In this document: positions 49,065-56,846 of the stretch, piece after piece
Position numbering within the stretch: position 1 is the stretch's first letter
Layout of the letters: each line of letters begins with the position of its first letter
Source of the DNA: Candidatus Paceibacter sp.
GTDB lineage: Bacteria; Patescibacteriota; Minisyncoccia; UBA6257; JAGOQP01
Reading direction: 5' to 3'
Length of the DNA stretch: 64,000 bases
NCBI GenBank assembly: GCA_020724905.1
Contig: DYGB01000002.1
Coordinates: forward strand, 29,425 to 93,424
Translations under genes and position numbers: made by a program
Notes under the pieces: model-generated
Told to the model about the DNA's origin: nothing
Database searches by the model: none
What the model saw: only the letters and a program-made list of their open reading frames with translations

Positions 49065-49529
49065 TTATGTTTCTTCTATGATTTTTTTAACAACTTTTTT
49101 GGATATGTTTAATAAGGGGCTGAGATTCAACCAGTATTTTCCATCTTCGCGTTGAGAAAGTATCTCTAATTCACCAAAACCAATTCTTAGTCCAATCCCA
49201 ATTTCCATGTAACTATTATGAGTAAGTTTGTTCCTATATCCATTTCTTAGTGTTTCGACTTGGTCATTTGAAAGACTCAGATTGTAGTAACTAGGATCAT
49301 TCAAAATTTGGAAATGTGTCTTTGTATCATTCCCACCTCCTTTTATAATACTACCAATATTGTCTACTATTGAAAGAAGAATTAACGCCGATGGATATCC
49401 ATAACATCCAGTATATCCATTCCAGCGAGGATCGGAAGATTTATCAAAATTTATACAATATTCCGCAACTTCAATCAGCTCTTTTAGAGCTTCCTTCTGC
49501 ATCTCTGACTTTGATAAATGAAGTGCCAT
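49065..49529 (-). CDS. hypothetical protein
   Basis: Start placed at Met 49529. The longer track ORF (to 49649) is read-through across the tRNA-Gln gene. Confidence 0.45.
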   Translation of the reverse strand: MALHLSKSEMQKEALKELIEVAEYCINFDKSSDPRWNGYTGCYGYPSALILLSIVDNIGSIIKGGGNDTKTHFQILNDPSYYNLSLSNDQVETLRNGYRNKLTHNSYMEIGIGLRIGFGELEILSQREDGKYWLNLSPLLNISKKVVKKIIEET

Positions 49530-49567
49530 ATTAACGTATCTCGTGTAGGATTGTTCCTTGCACGACT

Positions 49568-49641
49568 TGGCTGCCGGACTAGGATTCGAACCTAGATACC
49601 ATGCTCCAGAGGCATGTGTCCTGCCATTAGACGATCCGGCA
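49568..49641 (-). tRNA. tRNA-Gln (anticodon CUG), CCA encoded
   Basis: Cloverleaf: acceptor UGCCGGA/UCCGGCA with U1:A72 and G73 (GlnRS identity elements), D-stem GUCU/GGAC, anticodon stem CAUGC/GCAUG with loop CUCUGGA, T-arm CUAGG-UUCGAAU-CCUAG. Confidence 0.85.
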
Positions 49642-49694
49642 AAATACAAAGCTTATTGTAATGAAAATACTTCTATTATGCAATTATCTTATAT

Positions 49695-50627
49695 TTAGAG
49701 AATTGAAAATGTGGTGTAGGGAGAAACTATCTTTCCTATACTACATTCACATTTCTTAACCATTGATGAATGAGGGCCTTTTTCTACATTTGGAAGAAAA
49801 TATTGTATCGCTTCTTTTTCTCCCTGTGCACAAATAGAGACACTTCCATCATTGTTATTTCTAACAAATCCTTTGAGGTTATATTGTTGAGCTCTTTTTT
49901 CTATGAAACGTCTCATTCCAACACCTTGTACAATTCCTTCTAGATGAGCTGATAGTTCCAAAGGATCATTAAGAAATTCTTCTAGGGAAAGTGACCTTTC
50001 TATAGTGTAGTCTCCTATAGCTGTTCTTGTAAGAGCAGAGAGATATCCTTTAGATGAAAGTCTTTCTCCTAGATCTCTTGCCAAACTCCTCACATAGAAT
50101 CCTGAAGATACAAAGATATCAAGTATAAGTGTATAGGTCTCGTCTTCATTCTTTTGAAGAGATTGTATGGTATATGAATAAAAAGATACTATACGAGGCT
50201 GAGGTGATACTTCTTTCCCTTCTCGAGCTTTTTTATATGCAGCCACACCTCCCCTCTTTATTGCTGAGTATATAGGAGGTATCTGTTGTGTCTGATCTTT
50301 AAGACGTTCAAGCTCTCTTTGTATATCTTTTTTATCTATAGGAGGCACCTTTGTATCTTTGATAACTGTTCCTGTTATATCGTCAGTATCTGATGAGGCT
50401 CCAATACATATATGAGCTCTGTATGACTTATCTTTTCCTCGTAGGATAGTATCTAGTTGTTTTGTGTATTCTCTCCCTATCCCCACCATCAATACTCCTT
50501 CTGCGAATGGATCAAGTGTTCCTCCATGTCCTATCCTTTCCTTTGTTTTGAGTTCTCTTTGAATACTACGTAAAAACCCAGCAGAGCTAGGGCCTTTGGG
50601 TTTGTTCATGATAAAAAGACCACGCAT
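49695..50627 (-). CDS. truB: tRNA pseudouridine(55) synthase TruB fused to a C-terminal acylphosphatase-like domain
   Basis: TruB catalytic motif GHGGTLDP; the C-terminal 85 aa carry both acylphosphatase signatures (IVQGVGMRRF; GFVRNNNDGSV) in place of the usual PUA domain. Confidence 0.8.
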   Translation of the reverse strand: MRGLFIMNKPKGPSSAGFLRSIQRELKTKERIGHGGTLDPFAEGVLMVGIGREYTKQLDTILRGKDKSYRAHICIGASSDTDDITGTVIKDTKVPPIDKKDIQRELERLKDQTQQIPPIYSAIKRGGVAAYKKAREGKEVSPQPRIVSFYSYTIQSLQKNEDETYTLILDIFVSSGFYVRSLARDLGERLSSKGYLSALTRTAIGDYTIERSLSLEEFLNDPLELSAHLEGIVQGVGMRRFIEKRAQQYNLKGFVRNNNDGSVSICAQGEKEAIQYFLPNVEKGPHSSMVKKCECSIGKIVSPYTTFSIL

Positions 50628-50694
50628 AGTATATATAGTGTATCAGATTTATATCAAAGAATATAAAAACCCCCTCGTCTGAGGGGGTTTTAAA

Positions 50695-51606
50695 CTAGTT
50701 TGCCTTAAGATACTTCCCTATCGCGATAAAACTTGATATGAGCCCCAAGATACTTCCAAAGAGTAACTGATAGATAAGGAGTGTTGGGAGATGATCAGTG
50801 AAATAGACCCAGAGATCTAGTTCTGGAACAAGAACATTGCTGTATGGAGAAATAAGGTAAATAAGAGGAGCAATAATGAGTAAACTGATAACAGCAGCAA
50901 GGATACCATAGATAATTCCTTCAATAAGGAATGGACCCCTAATAAAGAAGTTAGATCCCCCTACAAGTCGCATAATCATGATACTATCCTTACTTGAATA
51001 GATAGCAAGACGAATGGTATTAAAGGTAATTAAAACAGCAATAAGAGCCATAAAGATAGTAAGAGCAAATCCTCCCTGTTCTGCAATATTAAGGATAGTA
51101 TTGAGCCTTTCTATCACGGTAGCATTCTGACCATAGGTAACTCGCTCTGTATACTGTTTAATGGACTCATTCTCAAGATAAGCTGCAATTTGTGCATACT
51201 GCTCTGAGTCTTGTGCCTTAATATTAAGAGATGCAAGAAGAGGGTTTTCGCTTAACTGTTGGAGAGCCTGAGAAATTGTTTCATCATCTCCATGTCGTTC
51301 TTTAAAGATCTCAAGTGCTTGATCTTTTGATATATACTGCGTTGCTTTTACTTCTTCAAGTTCTTGTACTGAAGTTTGAATACGAAGAATTTCATCTTCT
51401 GGGGTATCTGCGGTAAAGAAGATACTAATATCAATTTTATCTTGAATATTTTCAATAATAGTTGTAGTGGTCACATTGAAAATATTAAGTCCCGCAAAGA
51501 CTGAAAGTGCGAGCACCATGACTAAGATAGTTGCCGTTGAAAGCCATACATTTCGTTTGAAATGTTGAAAGGCATATTTGATAAGACGTATACCGGTAGT
51601 AATCAT
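50695..51606 (-). CDS. ftsX: cell-division ABC transporter permease FtsX
   Basis: N-terminal TM, periplasmic domain, C-terminal 3-TM FtsX-like permease region. Confidence 0.8.
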   Translation of the reverse strand: MITTGIRLIKYAFQHFKRNVWLSTATILVMVLALSVFAGLNIFNVTTTTIIENIQDKIDISIFFTADTPEDEILRIQTSVQELEEVKATQYISKDQALEIFKERHGDDETISQALQQLSENPLLASLNIKAQDSEQYAQIAAYLENESIKQYTERVTYGQNATVIERLNTILNIAEQGGFALTIFMALIAVLITFNTIRLAIYSSKDSIMIMRLVGGSNFFIRGPFLIEGIIYGILAAVISLLIIAPLIYLISPYSNVLVPELDLWVYFTDHLPTLLIYQLLFGSILGLISSFIAIGKYLKAN

Positions 51607-51609
51607 AAA

Positions 51610-52302
51610 TTAAGCAAGTATATATTTTCCCTTTTCCTCATCGCGTATAATCTTTCCATCTTCAAGACTAATAACACGACGAGCAATACTATTAATGACA
51701 TCTCTATTATGTGTCGCAAGAATAATTGTTGTCCCCAGTTCGTTAATCTTTAATAACAGGTTTAAAATTTCATCAGTATTAACTGGATCAAGGTTTCCTG
51801 TTGGCTCATCAGCGATAATAACATCAGGATTATTAATCATTGCTCGTGCAATAGCGATACGTTGTTTTTCTCCTCCTGATATTTCTCGAGGGAAGTTATC
51901 TGTCTTACTTCCAAGTCCTACAATTTCAAGTGCTTTTGGAACGAGCTCATCAATTTCATTCTGTGGACGTCCTGCTACTTCAAGAGCAAAGGCAACGTTT
52001 TCATATGCTGTCTTTTCAGGAAGTAATTTAAAGTCTTGGAATACCGTTCCAATATGACGCCTCATCTTGTAGAGCTCATTTTCTTTTAAACGATTTACTT
52101 CATAGGAACCAAATACAACACGACCCTTACTTGGTCGTTCTTCTCCAATGAGGAGTTTTATAATCGTTGATTTCCCTGCTCCTGATTTACCCACCAGCGA
52201 GACAAACTCTTTCGGGTTGATCTTGAAACTGACATCCTCAAGAGCAACTGACTTTCGTTTATTTCCTTTATATATCTTGCTGACGTTCTGAAAAATAATC
52301 AT
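51610..52302 (-). CDS. ftsE: cell-division ABC transporter ATPase FtsE
   Basis: Walker A GKSGAGKST, signature LSGGEKQRIAIARA, Walker B IIADEPTGNLD. Confidence 0.9.
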   Translation of the reverse strand: MIIFQNVSKIYKGNKRKSVALEDVSFKINPKEFVSLVGKSGAGKSTIIKLLIGEERPSKGRVVFGSYEVNRLKENELYKMRRHIGTVFQDFKLLPEKTAYENVAFALEVAGRPQNEIDELVPKALEIVGLGSKTDNFPREISGGEKQRIAIARAMINNPDVIIADEPTGNLDPVNTDEILNLLLKINELGTTIILATHNRDVINSIARRVISLEDGKIIRDEEKGKYILA

Positions 52303-52362
52303 ATACAGGTATAAGTATAGTACATTTAGCGTATAAAAAGAAGAGAGGTGTGGATAATTTTT

Positions 52363-53445
52363 TTATTTCGTTTCTTGGCGAAAATGAGTAAGCTCGGCTT
52401 CTATAAATCCATCTAAATCCCCTCCTTCAAGTACCGGTTCTACCGTTCGTGTTTCATGATCTGTACGATGATCTTTTATTAATTTATAGGGGTTAAGTAC
52501 GTATGAACGAATCTGGCTCCCCCATTCTGGCTTTGCATTACTCTTCAGGTCATCAAGTTTTTCAACACGTTGTTGTTCCATAAAGTTAACGAGTTTTGCT
52601 TCAAGAACACGGAGTGCTCGTTCCCTATTAGCGCTCTGTGATCGTTCTGCTTGTGAGGCTGCACTGATACCGGTAGGGATATGTACAATACGAACAGCTG
52701 TTTCTACCTTGTTAACGTTTTGTCCTCCAGGACCAGATGATCGAGAAAACTCTACTTTAATATCATCATCTTTAATATCAAGTGTTGGTTCATCAAACTG
52801 AGGTAATACATCAACAAGAGCAAATGATGTATGACGCAATTGTTGTGATGAGAAAGGTGAGACACGAACTAATCGATGCACTCCTGACTCATACTTGAGA
52901 TACCCAAATGCATATGCTCCTGCAACTTCAAAGGTAATATGTTTAAGAGGTTTTCGTCCTGTTTTTGATTGAAACGATTCTTCAGTGATATCAATAACAA
53001 CAACGTTCCATTTTTTTCTTTGTGCCTAGGCACTATACATCTCATAGAGCATATGTACCCAATCAGCTGCATCATCTCCTCCTGCACCTGCAGAGATAGA
53101 AATAATTGCATTCTTTTTATCATAGGGCCCTAAGAACAGTTGTTCCCGTTCTAGTTCTTTTACATCTTTTTTTATCACCGCCAAAAGATCTTCATCATGT
53201 GTTTCTTTTAATTTCTTGAGACCTTCAAGAACTTCAGTATAGGTTGTGATACATCCTTGAAGTTCTCCCAGTTCTTTGAGGGTTGGTTCAACTCCTTCAC
53301 GATCTTTCCAGATATCAGGGTCTTGAAGAAGGAACTCTATCTCTTGTATTCGTTGTTTTTTCTTCTCAATAGCAAGATACTCTTCTAAATATGAGAGTTT
53401 ATCTTCTATATCACCTACGAATTGTTCGTATTCTTTTTCTATCAT
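52363..53445 (-). CDS. prfB: peptide chain release factor 2, single reading frame interrupted by one in-frame TAG at 53026-53028; no canonical +1 frameshift site
   Basis: N-part and C-part (GGQ motif SGPGGQNVNKVETAVR) are in the same frame; translation across the TAG gives ...EMYSA*AQRKKWNVVVIDITE... colinear with E. coli ...ERMYLRWAESRGFKTEIIE... Confidence 0.8.
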
Positions 53446-53450
53446 ATATG

Positions 53451-53523
53451 AGCCAGCGAGAGGATTTGAACCCCCAACCTCTCCCTTACGAAGGGATTGC
53501 TCTACCATTAAAGCTACGCTGGC
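53451..53523 (-). tRNA. tRNA-Thr (anticodon CGU)
   Basis: Acceptor GCCAGCG/CGCUGGC, D-arm GCUU/GAGC, anticodon stem-loop AUCCC-UUCGUAA-GGGAG, T-arm GGGGG-UUCAAAU-CCUCU, discriminator U. Confidence 0.85.
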
Positions 53524-53636
53524 AGAAACATCAATAGGATAGCATATATCGTATGTTTCGTTCTATTGACCAAATATATATTATATTGTATTCTCTTGGC
53601 AAGAGTATATTAACAATTTAAAAAGGAGGAATTCTC

Positions 53637-54185
53637 ATGGCACCGTTTATCTATGATAAAAAGACAAACAAAAGTATTATGAAATTGACGCTTGTCTTTG
53701 TAGTAATACTTATCGTATTTTTCTTTGTATTTAGGTACGTCCTTTTTCCAAATGATGATTCTTACAATCCGATAGATACAACATATCTAACTTCATTTGA
53801 AAATTTTGCGTTTGACATTAATGCATATTTCTATGGGGATATGTGTATTGTCCGATCAATAGAGGCGTATCACCCTTCACACTATACCTTTGTTTCTGCG
53901 CAGTACCATTTCTATCCGTTAGTTTCATCAGATGGAAGTATTGTCTACAGGCTCTATGACAGCAATGCCCGTGGTTCAGATAATACCTCCTACATGATCA
54001 TCACATTTTATGATGAGAAGCAACATGTAGAGAGGAGTATTATCATGAGCATGGAAGACGTGCTTGATTTCTCTCCTCAAGAAATGGGTCTTCCTATACA
54101 AGTGGAAGATAAATCATTTTCTATCCATAGGGCATACCTTGAGCCTGGTGGGGAGATAGTTTTTAGAATGAACTCCTTAGAATAA
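53637..54185 (+). CDS. hypothetical membrane-anchored protein
   Basis: 182 aa, N-terminal TM helix, GGAGG RBS, terminator downstream. Confidence 0.5.
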   Translation: MAPFIYDKKTNKSIMKLTLVFVVILIVFFFVFRYVLFPNDDSYNPIDTTYLTSFENFAFDINAYFYGDMCIVRSIEAYHPSHYTFVSAQYHFYPLVSSDGSIVYRLYDSNARGSDNTSYMIITFYDEKQHVERSIIMSMEDVLDFSPQEMGLPIQVEDKSFSIHRAYLEPGGEIVFRMNSLE

Positions 54186-54195
54186 TAAAAGTGAA

Positions 54196-54221
54196 AGGAC
54201 ATCGTGTGATGTCCTTTTTTT
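54196..54221. terminator. bidirectional rho-independent terminator
   Basis: AGGACAT-cgtgtg-ATGTCCT followed by TTTTTTT. Confidence 0.65.
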
Positions 54222-56475
54222 ATGCTCTTAATCGTCTCATAATCCCCTCCTCTATCTCTTTGTATGTCTTGGTATGTTTTTGTAGGGCATAGTCATAGAG
54301 ACGCTGAGCAGCATCTTTATCAGATGGTCTGTAGGGAAGGGTCTCAATACTAAAGGGTTCGGTTACCTTTCCATGATTTAACATCTTTACATAGGCGTGG
54401 AATGCGTTGAGGTTTCCAATATCATGAGCACTAAAGATAGGGTCAAATTCTTTTTCAAGTACTTGAGCATCTTCATTTCCTGTACGAAATACAATCATAG
54501 ATCCAACGTTTCCAAAAACTGCTTTTTTGATATCTTCATCAAGTTGTCCAATAAATTGATGTGCAATGGTAAGGTTTAGTTTGTACTTTCGTGCTTCAGA
54601 GAGAATGGTAGCGATACCATCAGTTGCAACATTATGAAATTCATCGATAAAGAGATTAAAATCAGTTCTTTTTTCAAATGGTATATCTCCTCGTGAAAAT
54701 GCTCCCAAAACCAACTTTCCAATCACTAACATTCCAAGGAGTGCTGCATTCATTTCTCCCAACTTTCCTTTACTGAGATTAACCAGGATAATCTTGTTTT
54801 CATCCATGGCCTTTCTAAATTGAATAGATGAAACTTCTTGTCCGATAATAGGGCGGATAAAGTCATTAGCGATAAATCCATTAAACTTAGAGGTAATATA
54901 GGGGGTAATATTTGCAAGTGACCCTTCTCCTCCAGCTTTTGCAACTTCTTTTGTCCAAAAATCAATAACAACAGGGTTTGTGATTCGTGCTAGTTTTCTC
55001 TGTCTAAATTCAGCATCGGTAAAGACACGAGGAACCTCTATTAATGTTGCTGGTTCATTAACACTATCTTCCAAGAGCAATAGAAGTGCATTGCGCATAT
55101 ACTGTTCAAACATAGGACCCATAGTTTCCTGTGAGAACAGCCTGTTAAAAATGCTTTGAATTTCATTAACGATAAAGGTCTTTTGTTCAGGATGAGCTGG
55201 ATCATATTCAAGCATGTTAATCCCCACAGGATGCTCGAGGTATGAGGGGTCAATGATAATAAGGTCATCTTTTCGTTTTTCTGGAATACATCCTGCAATA
55301 TGTTCAACAAGATCTCCATGAGGATCAATAACACAGACTCCTTTCCCGCGCTCTATATCTTGTGAGGCCAATTGTGTTAAAAGACCTGACTTTCCTGTAC
55401 CTGTTTGCCCGATAATGTAGAGATGACGAGAACGATCCTCATCACTGATATAGATGGGTTTACTTTCTCCACGAGCAGAGCTTTCTCCAATACAGAGTCC
55501 TGAGGTAGGAAGGTTAAGAGGAATGTTACTTTTCTTTGAGGTGACCCATTGTACTGTTGGGCTCAGGGTATCTGCGGTAGGGAAATGAAAGAGGCTTGCA
55601 AGTTCTTCAGTATTAAGAATCATTCCTTTTTTCTCATTGAATTGTCTAAATACAGTGTCATATGCCAATGTTTTAAGAGATCGTTCCTTTTGAATTGAAA
55701 GAAGAGGTCCTTCTGAGGTGGTAAACTGAGAAAATGATTCTGAAATATCATTAAAGATACTTTCTGTTTGAAAATCATTATCAGTTGAAACAATAATACG
55801 AGCATTAACCCAAAGAAGTGGTTTTTTAGCTTTCTTTTGAATATCTTCTTTTGGAGCGATGGTGGTATTTTCCGTTTCTTCTTCATCTGCTTTTTTCTTT
55901 TTCTTTAAGTATGAACGGAGCTGTTTTTTGTATGAGTCAGGAGCTTTTTTAATTAAAAATTGTATGACAACTCCTTCTCCAATGTGTTGAATCTTTGAGA
56001 GTGTGGTAATAATAGGGGCAAAGGTGTCTCGATCCATATCTTTGTAGGTATCGAGAGGAAATGAAAAATGTTTTGTTTGTTGAATATACCCTCCTTTGTG
56101 TACTCCTTCATGTTGGAAAATATTATATTCAGGAACATCTTGAATCTGAATTCCTGGGAAGAGTCCTTCTAGTTCACGTTGGATAAAGGCATGTTTCTCT
56201 TCTGGAAGAGAAAGATAGAAGTTAAGTTCTTCTCCAATATGATGTACTGCAATCTCACATGAAAGGGGTTGGGAGAATTGAGTAAGTGTTGAGAAAAAGT
56301 GTTCTGTTTTTTCAATTGCACTTCTGTCTTCCTGCCTGGGAAGACGAACAAGAAGCAACGTTCGTTTTAATGATTTTTGTATTCTTTGAAGTCGTACTCT
56401 TCGTGCAACAAAAAATATTCCTATACCGATGACGATAAGGAGAATAATTCCTGAACTAATAATAAGTGCGTCCAT
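54220..56475 (-). CDS. TraD/VirD4-like type IV coupling-protein-family ATPase (membrane-anchored)
   Basis: N-terminal TM; Walker A YIIGQTGTGKSG, Walker B LFIDEFHNV; C-terminal ARKYKLNLTIAHQFIGQL...FRTGNEDAQ typical of TrwB/TraD-type DNA-binding ATPases. Confidence 0.55.
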   Translation of the reverse strand: MDALIISSGIILLIVIGIGIFFVARRVRLQRIQKSLKRTLLLVRLPRQEDRSAIEKTEHFFSTLTQFSQPLSCEIAVHHIGEELNFYLSLPEEKHAFIQRELEGLFPGIQIQDVPEYNIFQHEGVHKGGYIQQTKHFSFPLDTYKDMDRDTFAPIITTLSKIQHIGEGVVIQFLIKKAPDSYKKQLRSYLKKKKKADEEETENTTIAPKEDIQKKAKKPLLWVNARIIVSTDNDFQTESIFNDISESFSQFTTSEGPLLSIQKERSLKTLAYDTVFRQFNEKKGMILNTEELASLFHFPTADTLSPTVQWVTSKKSNIPLNLPTSGLCIGESSARGESKPIYISDEDRSRHLYIIGQTGTGKSGLLTQLASQDIERGKGVCVIDPHGDLVEHIAGCIPEKRKDDLIIIDPSYLEHPVGINMLEYDPAHPEQKTFIVNEIQSIFNRLFSQETMGPMFEQYMRNALLLLLEDSVNEPATLIEVPRVFTDAEFRQRKLARITNPVVIDFWTKEVAKAGGEGSLANITPYITSKFNGFIANDFIRPIIGQEVSSIQFRKAMDENKIILVNLSKGKLGEMNAALLGMLVIGKLVLGAFSRGDIPFEKRTDFNLFIDEFHNVATDGIATILSEARKYKLNLTIAHQFIGQLDEDIKKAVFGNVGSMIVFRTGNEDAQVLEKEFDPIFSAHDIGNLNAFHAYVKMLNHGKVTEPFSIETLPYRPSDKDAAQRLYDYALQKHTKTYKEIEEGIMRRLRA

Positions 56476-56478
56476 GAA

Positions 56479-56844
56479 CTAAAGAAGTCCTTTACGTTTC
56501 ATTTCTTCGTGAAGTTTCTCGACAAGTGCATCATGGTACATATCAAGAATAAAAGGATCTTTTTTCTTTGCTTCCCTGATTCCTTCAAGAAGTCCTTTTT
56601 CAAATGTGTGATTGATAAGGGTGGTCACTTCTTTCTTTACTTCTTCTGAGGCATCAGCTGCATAGGAAGGAAGTGAGTCGTTTGTTTTTCTCTGTTGGTC
56701 TTCTTCTGTTTGGGAGGTATAGTGAGTATGGATGACCTGTTTGAGGGCAGGAATATGGTTGTTTTCTACCTGTTCATGCTGTTCAAATGTTTGTTGAACT
56801 TCTTTTGTTTCTTGAGCAAGTTTTTCGTAGTTGATACTATCCAT
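56479..56844 (-). CDS. hypothetical protein (co-operonic with the TraD-like ATPase)
   Basis: 121-aa acidic helical ORF, 3-nt gap to the downstream gene. Confidence 0.4.
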   Translation of the reverse strand: MDSINYEKLAQETKEVQQTFEQHEQVENNHIPALKQVIHTHYTSQTEEDQQRKTNDSLPSYAADASEEVKKEVTTLINHTFEKGLLEGIREAKKKDPFILDMYHDALVEKLHEEMKRKGLL

Positions 56845-56846
56845 AT

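Noticed and set aside
49065-49649. Long form of the ORF, starting MYFAGSSNGRTHASGAWYLGSNPSPAAKS
   Set aside because: The N-terminal 40 codons are a translation of the tRNA-Gln gene on the same strand (49568-49641). The CDS was trimmed to start at Met 49529.
52869-53123. 84-aa ORF in a third frame overlapping the prfB break
   Set aside because: It has no similarity to RF2. The two RF2 halves are actually in the same frame, separated by one TAG, so this ORF is spurious.
53330-53445. Canonical RF2 programmed +1 frameshift (CUU UGA C) near codon 25
   Set aside because: The aligned region reads YLAIEKKKQ with no in-frame stop and no SD-like stimulator, so the canonical autoregulatory frameshift is absent.
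53026-53508. ORF-track N-terminus MVEQSLRKGEVGGSNPLAGS for prfB
   Set aside because: These codons read through tRNA-Thr (53451-53523). The real prfB start is ATG 53445 (MIEKEYEQ...), which aligns with the RF2 N-terminus.
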